Below, one piece after another: positions 20,701 through 25,405 of a stretch of DNA of 64,000 bases. Positions within the stretch are counted from its first letter, which is position 1, and every line of letters starts with the position of its first letter. Source of the DNA: an uncultured Sphingomonadales bacterium. GTDB lineage: Bacteria; Pseudomonadota; Alphaproteobacteria; Sphingomonadales; Sphingomonadaceae. The translations under genes were made by a program, and so were the position numbers. The stretch is from NCBI GenBank assembly GCA_903848655.1, contig CAINGT010000076.1, forward strand, positions 12,426-76,425, given 5' to 3'. The notes under the pieces are model-generated. The model saw only the letters and a program-made list of their open reading frames with translations. It ran no database searches and had not been told where the DNA came from.

Positions 20701-23700
20701 CCCGCCGCGCAGCGTATCATCGCCCGCGCCGCCAGCGAGTTCGTTCGCCGCCGAATCGCCGATCAGGCGGTCGGCATAAGCGCTGCCGACCGCGCGCTCG
20801 ATGCCCAGCAGCACATCGCCTTCGGCAACATCGCCCGATGACGCCTGCCCATCGAGCCGCACCGTCACCGGGGCCTGGGCAGCCGAATAATCGGCGGAGT
20901 CAAAACCCGCCCCGCCCATCAGCGTATCGGCACCATAGCCCCCCGCCAGCGTATCATCGCCAGCGCCGCCGACCAGCAGATTGGCCCCGTCATTGCCGGT
21001 CAGGCTGTCGGCAAAGGCCGAGCCGGTCAGGTTTTCGATCCCCGCCAGCACATCGCCTTCGGCATCGCCGCCATGACCGGTGCTGCCATCAAGCGCGACT
21101 GCTACCCCGCTGGCCGAGCCGCGATAGTCGGCGGTATCGATCCCTGCGCTGCCAACGAGCGTGTCCGCCCCCGCGCCGCCGATCAGCGTATCATTGCCCG
21201 CCCCGCCATCGAGGCTGTCTGCGCTCGCGCTGCCGCTGATCAGATCGTCGTAGCCCGATCCGATAACATGTTCGACCAAAGTGATGACATCGCCTTGGGC
21301 ATCGCCGCCCCGGCTGACCCGGCCATCGAGAAAGACTTCGACCGCAGCGCTGGACGCGCTGTAATCGCCCGTATCAAACCCATCACCGCCATCGATAGTA
21401 TCGGCCCCGGCCCCGCCGACCAGCGTATCATCGCCGCCGCCGCCTGCCAGCGCATCATTGCCCGCCCCGCCGATCAGCGTATCGTTGAACGCCGATCCTG
21501 CCAGCCCTTCGATGCTGATGAAGCTATCGCCCAGCGCGTCGCCCGACTGCACCGTGCCGTCGAGCGAGACTGCCACGCCCGATGCCGCCCCGGCATAAGA
21601 GGCGGTATCAAAACCATCGCCGCCCTTGAGCACATCGGCCCCAGCGCCGCCTTCGAGCGTATCATCGCCCATGCCGCCGATCAGCGTTTCCGCAGCCCCT
21701 GCGCCGACCAGATGATCGGCAAAGGCGGTGCCGGTCAGATATTCGATATTGGCATATGTATCGCCTTCGGCATCGCCGCCGTGGCTGGTGCGGCCATCGA
21801 GGAACACTTCGACCCCGACCGGAGAGTCGGCAAAATCGACCGCATCGAGCCCTGCACCGCCGTCGATCTGGTCAGCGCCCGCGCCGCCCTTGATCGTGTC
21901 ATCGCCCGCGCTGCCCGTCAGCGTGTCGTCATGCGCCGATCCGATCAGCACTTCGATCCCCGACAGCACATCGCCTTCGCCATCGCCGCCATGGCCACCG
22001 CTGCCATCGAGCGCGACGTGCACGCCCGCCGCGCTGGTCGCATAGTTGGCGGTGTCGATCCCCGCACCGCCGATCAGCGTATCGGCCCCGCCGCCGCCGA
22101 TCAGCGTGTCATTGCCCGCGCCGCCATCGACCATGTCTGCCGCCGTGCTGCCCACCAGCAGATCGGCGCGCGCTGTGCCGATGGCGTGTTCGATATTGAC
22201 CAGCGTATCGCCTTCGGCGCTGCCGCCATGGCTCACGCTGCCATCGAGATGGATTTCGACGCCCGGCACCGTGCCCGCAGCGACCCCGGCGGGCACCGCC
22301 TGCCCATCAAACGCATGGGTGTAATCGACGGTATCGAACCCTGCGCCACCGTCGATATGATCGGCTCCAGCTCCCCCGTCGAACACGTTATCATGCGCAT
22401 CGCCGGTCAGCGTGTCGTTGAACGCCGATCCGGTAACATTCTGGATATTGGTATAAGTATCGCCTTGGGCAGAACCGCCGCTGCCTTTGCCCGCGCCCAG
22501 ATCGGCGCTGACGCCTTCGCCGGACAAGTCATAGACCACGGTATTGGTGCCGCTGCCGCCATCGATCTGGTCTGCGCCCGCGCCCGCGTGGATGGTGTCA
22601 TTGCCATCACCCGCCGCGATCACATTGCCCGGCGGGTTGGCGAACAGCACATAGACCGGATCGCCCGTGATCGTATCGGTTACGGTCATGTCGCTGGCGG
22701 AATTGACAACTTTGACGCCGAAATGGTTCGACACTTGGGTGGCAAATGTCGATGTGGTGCCATCGCCCGACAGGCCAAGCTGCACCGGAAGATAGAATTC
22801 CTTTTGAAACCCCGCTGCATTGGCAGCGGTTGCGGTCGAAGGCAAACTGTAGATCAACTGCACATCAAAGCTGAAAAAGCTCTCGCTGGCAGGCGCGGTC
22901 TTGACCGACGTAAGGCCGGTTGCCGGGTCGGTGACGGAGACCTCCGTCAGCTTGGTAATATTGCCTTGCGACACATCGACCAGCCAGCCATCGGCGGTGT
23001 GCGTGGCATTGGCAACGCTGTACCCATCGGGCAGCGACGGGATCAGGATCTTGAGCAGGCTCAGGTTCTTGGCCGGGACTTCGGCCACGACATGCAGCAA
23101 CCGGAACGTATCACCCGCCGGGGCATGCGCGGTGCTGTCGGCGTAGATCACATCGTCGCCACCGCTGCCGGTCAGCGTTTCCTTGGCCGACTGTGCGGCA
23201 AAGCTGGCGTCCTTTGATGAACCGGTGGCGCCGGTATCGCCCTTGATGACGGTCTGCCCGCCTTCGGTAGTGGTGGTCACGCCTTCGGAGTTGAACAGCG
23301 CATAGGTCAGCTTGGGCACCAGTTTGCCGATCCCGGCGGGGCCAAGCGCATCATCGGGGGCAGGGGTGACCGCGCGCGCCGAAATGACCCCTGCGGGAGA
23401 GGCGGGCGCGGACACGGTGCTGCTGATCTTCTCGGTCAGCGCTCGGCCGATTTCGTCGGCTTTGTGGCTGTTCGCTTCTTGCTGTTGCGCATCCGTCTGG
23501 GTCTGCGCGGAATCGGCGGGCTGCACCGCAGCGCTTTTGTCCGCAACATCGCCGGTCTGGGTGCCCGACGCCAGCTTCATCGAGATCGCGGTATCCTGCT
23601 CCTTGATCTCACCCACTTGCGCGACCAGATCTTCTGCGGTCAGCGTACGGTCGGTAAACATAATGGCTGGCTTGTGGCCCGAAAACGCGGCCAGCGCCAT

Positions 23701-23967
23701 GTTCGGCACGATGATCCGGCTGCCGTCGCCAAACACCAGCACCACATCGACGTCGATGATTTCGACCTTGAACGGCGCATAAGCCATGCCAAGACGCGCC
23801 TTGTCGGCACCATCCATCTGCACGACGGTGGCCAAGCCAGAGCCGAAACTGCCACCGGAATGGCTGGAATCAGCGGCTTCGTGCGGGTTCGAATCGACCG
23901 GGTTCGGCACCGCAGTGCGCGTGCGCGGCGTGGCTTTGCCCAGCTTTGACCGCGAAATCCGAACCAT
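5788..23967 (-). CDS. Giant RTX (hemolysin-type Ca2+-binding repeat) protein, 6059 aa; probable T1SS-secreted adhesin or surface protein
   Basis: Uninterrupted 18,180-nt ORF with very many GGxGxDxLx nonapeptides. These alternate with about 63 hand-counted modules of consensus GxDTADYSASxAAVxVxLDGxxGxGGDAxGDxLxxIExLxGS. No Sec signal; non-repetitive N-terminal ~450 aa and C-terminal ~120 aa. AAGGGG SD 6 nt before the ATG. T1SS genes are nearby. Confidence 0.95.
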   Translation of the reverse strand: MVRISRSKLGKATPRTRTAVPNPVDSNPHEAADSSHSGGSFGSGLATVVQMDGADKARLGMAYAPFKVEIIDVDVVLVFGDGSRIIVPNMALAAFSGHKPAIMFTDRTLTAEDLVAQVGEIKEQDTAISMKLASGTQTGDVADKSAAVQPADSAQTQTDAQQQEANSHKADEIGRALTEKISSTVSAPASPAGVISARAVTPAPDDALGPAGIGKLVPKLTYALFNSEGVTTTTEGGQTVIKGDTGATGSSKDASFAAQSAKETLTGSGGDDVIYADSTAHAPAGDTFRLLHVVAEVPAKNLSLLKILIPSLPDGYSVANATHTADGWLVDVSQGNITKLTEVSVTDPATGLTSVKTAPASESFFSFDVQLIYSLPSTATAANAAGFQKEFYLPVQLGLSGDGTTSTFATQVSNHFGVKVVNSASDMTVTDTITGDPVYVLFANPPGNVIAAGDGNDTIHAGAGADQIDGGSGTNTVVYDLSGEGVSADLGAGKGSGGSAQGDTYTNIQNVTGSAFNDTLTGDAHDNVFDGGAGADHIDGGAGFDTVDYTHAFDGQAVPAGVAAGTVPGVEIHLDGSVSHGGSAEGDTLVNIEHAIGTARADLLVGSTAADMVDGGAGNDTLIGGGGADTLIGGAGIDTANYATSAAGVHVALDGSGGHGGDGEGDVLSGIEVLIGSAHDDTLTGSAGDDTIKGGAGADQIDGGAGLDAVDFADSPVGVEVFLDGRTSHGGDAEGDTYANIEYLTGTAFADHLVGAGAAETLIGGMGDDTLEGGAGADVLKGGDGFDTASYAGAASGVAVSLDGTVQSGDALGDSFISIEGLAGSAFNDTLIGGAGNDALAGGGGDDTLVGGAGADTIDGGDGFDTGDYSASSAAVEVFLDGRVSRGGDAQGDVITLVEHVIGSGYDDLISGSASADSLDGGAGNDTLIGGAGADTLVGSAGIDTADYRGSASGVAVALDGSTGHGGDAEGDVLAGIENLTGSAFADSLTGNDGANLLVGGAGDDTLAGGYGADTLMGGAGFDSADYSAAQAPVTVRLDGQASSGDVAEGDVLLGIERAVGSAYADRLIGDSAANELAGGAGDDTLRGGLGADTLIGGDGSDSADYSDSALAVSVNLATGTGAGGTAEGDSYQLIENVIGSDRNDVLIGDNGANQLSGGAGNDTLAGGAGADILDGGDGTDIADYSTSAAAVNVNLATGTAHGGDAEGDTLIAVEGLTGSAFDDTLTGDTGNNALAGGAGDDTLVGGAGADFLDGGAGIDTADYSQSRSAVVVALDGSLGEGGDAQGDTLVHIEQLTGSAFADRLTGSAGDDTLTGGAGNDTLAGGAGADVLDGGSGTDLADYSASTAAIVAGLDGRANHGGDAEGDTFIAIEGIIGTSYADVLDGSDNADILNGGAGDDTLMGSAGADTLIGGAGFDTADYSASGAAVSVNLATGSGSGGDAEGDSLSGVERVVGSAFDDSLTGSAGNDVLIGGDGNDTLLGGAGADTIDGGAGLDTVSYLASSDAVNIGLEGSAGQGGDAQGDRITQVERLIGSLYDDTLTGTAAAETIDGSAGDDHLAGNGADDTLIGGAGNDTLDGGTGADLLQGGSGDDVLIGGAGADTLDGGAGFDTADYSASDDAVTVSLDGSAGQGGDAQGDVLTGIERLIGSAYDDALSAGSTAAVLEGGAGNDTLTGGAGADTLIGGSDDDRLVGGAGADSIDGGAGFDTVDYTASSGAVSVWLDGRTSLGGDATGDVLTGIEHVIGSAYDDRLYGTAANESLEGGAGNDTLVGGAGADTLDGGAGQDVADYSASAAPINIDLATGTALGGDAQGDVLRNIEQLIGSAGADTLAGGISADVIDGGAGDDLLIGRDGSDTLLGGAGDDTLRGGAGADVVDGGSGLDTVDYADSGAAVAVGLDGSAASGGDAQGDTLISIENLTGSAYADRLWAGSQAATLHGGGGDDTLTGGGGNDALYGDAGNDTLVGGGGADRLDGGDGIDTVDYSGSLQGVTVGLEGSISQGGDAQGDQIASVEVLIGSSFDDRLTGTTAADTLIGGAGDDTLLGGAGSEVLDGGSGNDVLNGGTGADTLIGGAGIDTADYAGSAAGVAVALDGSTGHGGDAQGDVLSGIEVLTGSALDDTLGGGTADDTLHGGAGNDLLLGSAGADVMDGGAGFDTVDYSASSAAVTVALDGSLGQGGDAQGDSLIGIEGAIGSAYDDRLTGSESTDLLSGGAGNDLLVGNGGNDTLLGGAGDDTLTGGGGADLLDGGAGIDTVDYSDSTAGVHVSVDGSTSTGGAAEGDQLLAIERLVGSAYDDGLAGTLANDTLTGGAGNDVLTGRGGADVLDGGAGFDTADYSDAGSGVAVSLATGLGTLGDAAGDQLISIEKLSGSAFADRLEGGADNDALDGGAGNDTLIGGGGIDTITGGAGDDSVIGSAGADLIDGGSGFDTIDYTASNVAVTVRLDGGASAGGDAEGDRLMAIEAVIGSAYDDRLIGTAADEALHGGSGDDTLIGGAGADTLDGGAGIDTADYGSAGAGVGLSLDSGGTAGDAAGDGFISIEIVRGSSFADTLAGGANDDEIHGGAGNDLVSGGAGADSLFGDAGNDTLAGGAGADTLDGGAGIDTADYSASGAAVIAGLDGSTGAGGDAQGDVLVNIDAITGSAFADVLTGSSAADILDGGAGNDTLFGGAGSDSLYGGTGDDLIIGGAGGDSIDGGAGKDTVSYAGSLDGVNVHLDGTPNAGGDAQGDVLIAIEGVIGSALADTITGGPSDDTIDGGAGDDWIAGGAGNDTLLGGAGTDTLLGGAGADVIDGGAGTDTASYANATSGVAVDLSGAAGMAGDALGDQLTNIENLIGSDYADTLGGGAGAEAILAGGGDDLILGSAGADTLDGGSGVNTVSYAASASAVAAYLDGRLGLGGDAAGDQLVQIQHVIGSAFNDTLVGGGSGSTLEGGAGDDVVQGGAGADSLAGGSGNDTIVSSEGSDTIDGGSGTDTADYANSNTGVQIALDGSAGSGGTAQGDVISNVEHLIGSNYADVLGGGSGAEWIEGGTGNDTLLGSAGADTLDGGAGTNTADYSASSAAVQVSLDGSAGAGGDAAGDVLMNISRLTGSAFDDRLGGGSGNDVLDGGAGNDTLFGSAGSDTLIGGAGFDTADYSGSASGVTVALDGTIGGSGDASGDQLSGIEAITGSRFADALGGSMGDDSLAGGAGNDTLTGGLGNDTLAGGTGNDLLIGGAGADGIDGGSGFDTVDYSASGAAVAVDLVHGTGSGGDAQGDVLSAIEWVVGSDYNDTLIASDAASELDGGTGDDRLTGGAGADTLSGGAGNDTLIGSGGADLLDGGAGIDTVDYSASGAGVQVILDGSAASGGDAAGDQAISIEHLTGSAFNDILTGGSGSETLDGGAGDDLLTGNGGSDALNGGAGNDTLVGGTGGDTLDGGAGTDTADYSTSAAAVSVDLSTGTGSGGDAQGDTLTGIERVIGSALDDALTGSAGDDTLSGGAGDDTLAGGAGNDVLTGGSGDDVLIGGGGADTLTGGNGNDTVTYATSAAGVTAYLDGTAGIGGDAAGDVISGVERLTGSDYADRLLGAAGAEVLDGGAGDDTLAGSAGADTLIGGTGFDTVDYAGSTSAINVYTDGSVSQGGQAAGDTLDGIERVIGTAYADTLHGSDADESLEAGAGNDQIFGGAGADTLLGGAGDDTLQGGAGADVIDGGTGFDSATYADSSAGVNAGLDGAANSGGDAAGDTLIAIEAITGSGFADTLRGGTGSETLDGGAGDDMLVGSAGADVLIGGLGTDSVDYRGSDAAVSIALDGSAGTGGYAAGDRLSGIERLIGSAFADTLTGSTGDDALDGGAGNDSLTGGLGNDTLTGGADNDTLIGGSGADALDGGAGIDTADYSASLVGVNVNLNGQLSSGGDAEGDLLTSIEVVIGSGNADSFRAGTANDTLTGGAGNDTVYGGAGVDVIDGGSGTDTADYSAATGGVTIALDGSAGSGAEAQGDTLASIERLIGSSYNDALAGSTGDDELIGGDGNDLLTGGAGNDTLTGGTGNDTLIGGTGADRIDGGSGIDSADYTASTAAVTVYLDGTAGSGGDAQGDTLSNIEQLTGSAFDDRLNGSNLAETIRGGAGNDTVSGGGGDDALYGDAGNDTLIGGLGADTLDGGAGFNTADYATSLGGVTVYLDGTPGIGGDAAGDVLVNIQGVIGSSLDDVVYGSAGADSVFGGAGNDTIYGSAGADTLTGGAGIDTVDYSASSAGFALALDGSAGVGGDAAGDVVTGIERVIGTAFADTITGTAASETLEGGAGNDVLSGGGGTDSLSGGAGDDTLVGGAYAETLDGGSGVNTADFSGAASAIAVRMDGIASISSNAAGTVLTNIAVLIGSGYDDTLSGTANADTIAGGAGSDALTGGAGSDSLDGGAGNDTLIGGSGADTLVGGSGTDLADYSASGAGVSVWLNGTAGIGGDAAGDVLSGIEAIKGSAFADVLNGFTGADLLLGMDGNDTLLGSAGADTLDGGAGIDTLDYSASSASIAVDLSTGLGSGGDAAGDVISAIEVLIGSAFADTLAGSSSADTLIGGAGDDWLSGAGGADSLSGGAGNDTLIGGTGADSIDGGAGTDTVDYSASGAGVTVYLDGVTESYGGDATGDIVSTIERVIGSAYADMLVGTAAAEYLSGGAGNDTLIGGAGADTLDGGAGTDAASYANAGAAVAVSLASGSGSAGDAAGDALIGIEHVIGSDYNDTLSGGASADTLSGGLGDDTFNPGSGADVIIGGGGNDVVTYAAAALGVIVALDGSPGSGDIAQGDQLTGITRLIGSAYADQFTGSYTDDVLDGGAGDDTLIGAAGNDTLTGGTGNDLLRGGAGADSMDGGAGTDTVSYADSSVGITLNLATGLASGGDAQGDTFAQIEKFVGSSGADAMIAGASAANFDGYDGNDTLTGGAGNDSLAGGNGNDTLIGGGGADALDGGAGYDTADYSASAAAVYVRTGGTSTGGDAQGDTMTGIEAVIGSAYDDTFAGSAADESFAGGAGNDTFLSSGGADTFDGGAGFDIVDYSGSASVGMTIYMDGGFGLGGDAAGDRLYAIEEVIGSAQADAIRAASAGSLIYGGGGDDVLTGNIGNDTLYGDAGNDSFNTGLGADQVDGGAGNDLVNYGASNAGVNIGTDGSVGIGGWAAGDTLTNVETIFGSVYDDTLRGAATFGSTLYGQGGNDYFVSVAGADTIDGGTGTDMVDYSASAAGVKAYLTGIVGVGGDAAGDVLTNVERLTGSAYNDSLTGTAGNDSLYGGAGNDTLVGGAGADYLDGGAGFDTVDYSASGGVTVYLDGTPGIASDASGDVLVNIEAIIGSSFADVVYGSGNADSISAGVGNDTIYASLGADTIDGGLGTDMLDFTAATSGIGLNLPSPGLSSGGAAGEVVTNFENFNLSKYDDTFVGTAASEFIFANDGNDLVNGGAGNDSIQGGNGNDTLIGGAGADTMDGGAGTDVVDFSSSSAGVQIYLDNRVVNAGGDGAGDVFYNVENAIGSNYADFIGGTAGNNYLSGGAGNDTLMGLAGADTLDGGAGINTAVYGYALTGVAVNLATGTGTAGDAAGDVFINIQNVSGGTFNDTLIGDANANYIDGSTGDDSLMGGAGNDTLLGGAGNDTLEGGAGADSLDGGVGSNALSYTNAGSAIAVSLLAGTGTVGDAAGDILSNFIGVQGSAYDDTIIGGATNCYLTGNAGNDSLVGGAGADSIYGGVGNDTLIGGAGGDSLDGGNGTDTADYSASSAGVSIDLSPVSGIGTGNFGDASGDTLQNIENITGSAYNDTITGSSAANVLTGGAGNDWFQGGLGADTLNGGAGTDTADYSDSTAGVTVYLDGTVGVGGSAAGDVLTTIEAINGSAFADKLVGTTTADSLAGGAGNDTLIGGLGSDTMDGGTGADTIDYSGAASAIALTLNGAGTGSGTLGEASGDVLTGIEAVIGSGYADQFTLTLGNGWSVEGGAGFDTVKLATASGTVTQAQLTGVLTHVEDIDFTATATAANLTISSSFIQSIVGAGNASALTVNFNGDDTISVAGGSFYTHPGADYVFYSDATLTTQIAKLTVA

Positions 23968-24064
23968 CTGTTACCCCTTGGGCCTGTGCAACAGTGGTTT
24001 ATGGCGCACGAACGGTTACAACGCGGCCTCTCGCAGATTGGGTGTTTCCACGTATCGCCTGATG

Positions 24065-24135
24065 CGCGGGGATTGAACCTGAATCAGACTATCGACGCCT
24101 TGTTTTTGCGTGATTTATCGCAAGGATCCGGTATC
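24065..24135 (-). repeat. Degenerate copy of the CIR-type element in the RTX/GT4 divergent promoter region
   Basis: TGTTTTTGCGTGATTTATCGCAA (24101-24123) equals the reverse complement of 36565-36587 at 21/23 positions. In both places it is followed, in register, by 4 nt and CCGGT. GAATC lies at 24081-24085. Confidence 0.65.
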
Positions 24136-24162
24136 CGCCCCTTCACAGCCCGAGACCCCGTC

Positions 24163-25398
24163 ATGCCCGTGCCCCCGTGCGATATTCTGTTCATCCACCA
24201 GAACATGCCGGGCCAGTTCCGCTATCTGGCCCCGGTGTTTGCCGCGTCGCCCGATTTTCGCATCACATTCCTGACGCGGCGCGAAGGCGTCGATCTCGAT
24301 CGCGTCCGCACCGTCCGTTACCCTGCGCCTGAAGAAAAGCGCGAAACCAGCGACGCGCTGCTTGCGCCGGTTGAAAAAGTGCTGCGATTTGGCCGCGCGG
24401 TGCTGACCGCCGGGCTGGAATTGCGCGCCCAAGGCTATCGCCCGCGCCTGATAATCGTCCATCCCGGGTGGGGCGAGGGGCTATTCTTGCGCGATATCTG
24501 GCCCGAAGCCCGGATCGTGACATATGGCGAATACTATTACCGCGCCGATGGCGGCGATATCGGGTTTGACCCGCTGTTCCCCGTGACCGCGCAAGGGCTG
24601 GCACGATCCCGCATGATGAACACGCATCTGCTGCTGGCGCACGAACAGGCGGACCGCGTGCTGTGCCCGACCCATTGGCAAAAACAGCGCCACCCGGCAT
24701 TTTTGCAAGCCAAGACCGATGTGATCTTTGACGGCATCGACACCACCCGCGCGCGCCCCAATCCCGCCGCGCGCGTTGCGCTCGATAATGGTCCGGTGCT
24801 GACCGTGACCGACGAAGTGATTACATATGTCGCCCGCAATCTGGAACCGCATCGCGGCTTTCACGTGGTTATGCACGCTTTGCCCGCGCTGCTGGCGGCG
24901 CGGCCGCGCGCGCACGTCGTCATCGTGGGTGGCGAAAATGTCAGCTACAGCCCGGCGGCTCGCGCGCCCCACGCCAGTTGGAAAGCGCAATTGCTGGGCG
25001 AAATCGATCTGGGTGCTCAGGCGGCGCGGGTGCATTTCGTCGGCCAACTGCCCTATCAGGTGTATCTCGATCTGCTCGCGATCTCGTCAGTGCACCTCTA
25101 CCTGACTTATCCGTTCGTGCTGTCGTGGAGCTGTTTGGAGGCAATGGCCGCCGGTTGCCTGATGGTTGCGTCCGACACCGGCCCGGTGCGCGAAGTCATC
25201 AGCCATGGCGAAAACGGGCTGCTGTTCCCGTTTTTCGACCGCGCCGCGCTGGTTGAAACGGTCTGCACCGCGCTTGATGATCGGGCGCTGGATACTCGGC
25301 TGCGCGCCAACGCGCGCGAAACCGTGCTGACCCGCTATGACTTGCGCGCGTGCCTCGCCGCGCAAGCAAAGCTGATCGAGCGGATGTTAAGGCCCTGA
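24163..25398 (+). CDS. Glycosyltransferase family 4 (Glyco_trans_4_3-like N-domain), cytoplasmic
   Basis: ILFIHQNMPGQF, HPGWGEGLFLRDIWPEAR...YGEYYY...GDIGFDPLFP, ITYVARNLEPHRGF, and the GT-B signature YLTYPFVLSWSCLEAMAAGC..VASDTGPVREVI. Start reassigned from 23986 to ATG 24163. No signal peptide. Confidence 0.92.
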   Translation: MPVPPCDILFIHQNMPGQFRYLAPVFAASPDFRITFLTRREGVDLDRVRTVRYPAPEEKRETSDALLAPVEKVLRFGRAVLTAGLELRAQGYRPRLIIVHPGWGEGLFLRDIWPEARIVTYGEYYYRADGGDIGFDPLFPVTAQGLARSRMMNTHLLLAHEQADRVLCPTHWQKQRHPAFLQAKTDVIFDGIDTTRARPNPAARVALDNGPVLTVTDEVITYVARNLEPHRGFHVVMHALPALLAARPRAHVVIVGGENVSYSPAARAPHASWKAQLLGEIDLGAQAARVHFVGQLPYQVYLDLLAISSVHLYLTYPFVLSWSCLEAMAAGCLMVASDTGPVREVISHGENGLLFPFFDRAALVETVCTALDDRALDTRLRANARETVLTRYDLRACLAAQAKLIERMLRP

Positions 25399-25405
25399 AT
25401 CAACC

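Noticed and set aside
6150-22620. Periodic DNA repeats as a CRISPR array or DGR-like cassette
   Set aside because: The repeats are degenerate, in-frame and protein-coding. There are no identical repeats with unique spacers, and no cas or reverse transcriptase gene.
23500-23720. LapG-type dialanine cleavage site in the RTX N-terminus (SAAV, LAAF)
   Set aside because: Neither matches the T/P-A-A-G context, Ala-Ala is frequent in this protein, and no lapD/lapG is in the window.
5894-23949. Many long plus-strand ORFs opposite the RTX gene (e.g. 13879-16326, 21073-23217, 9046-10617)
   Set aside because: Antisense shadows of GC-rich repetitive codons. The translations are Arg/Ala/Ile-repetitive mirrors of the repeats, with no recognisable domains.
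23986-24162. 59-aa N-terminal extension of the GT4 given by the ORF track
   Set aside because: It would leave 18 bp for two divergent promoters, runs through a repeat relic, and precedes the family-typical start near ILFIHQN.
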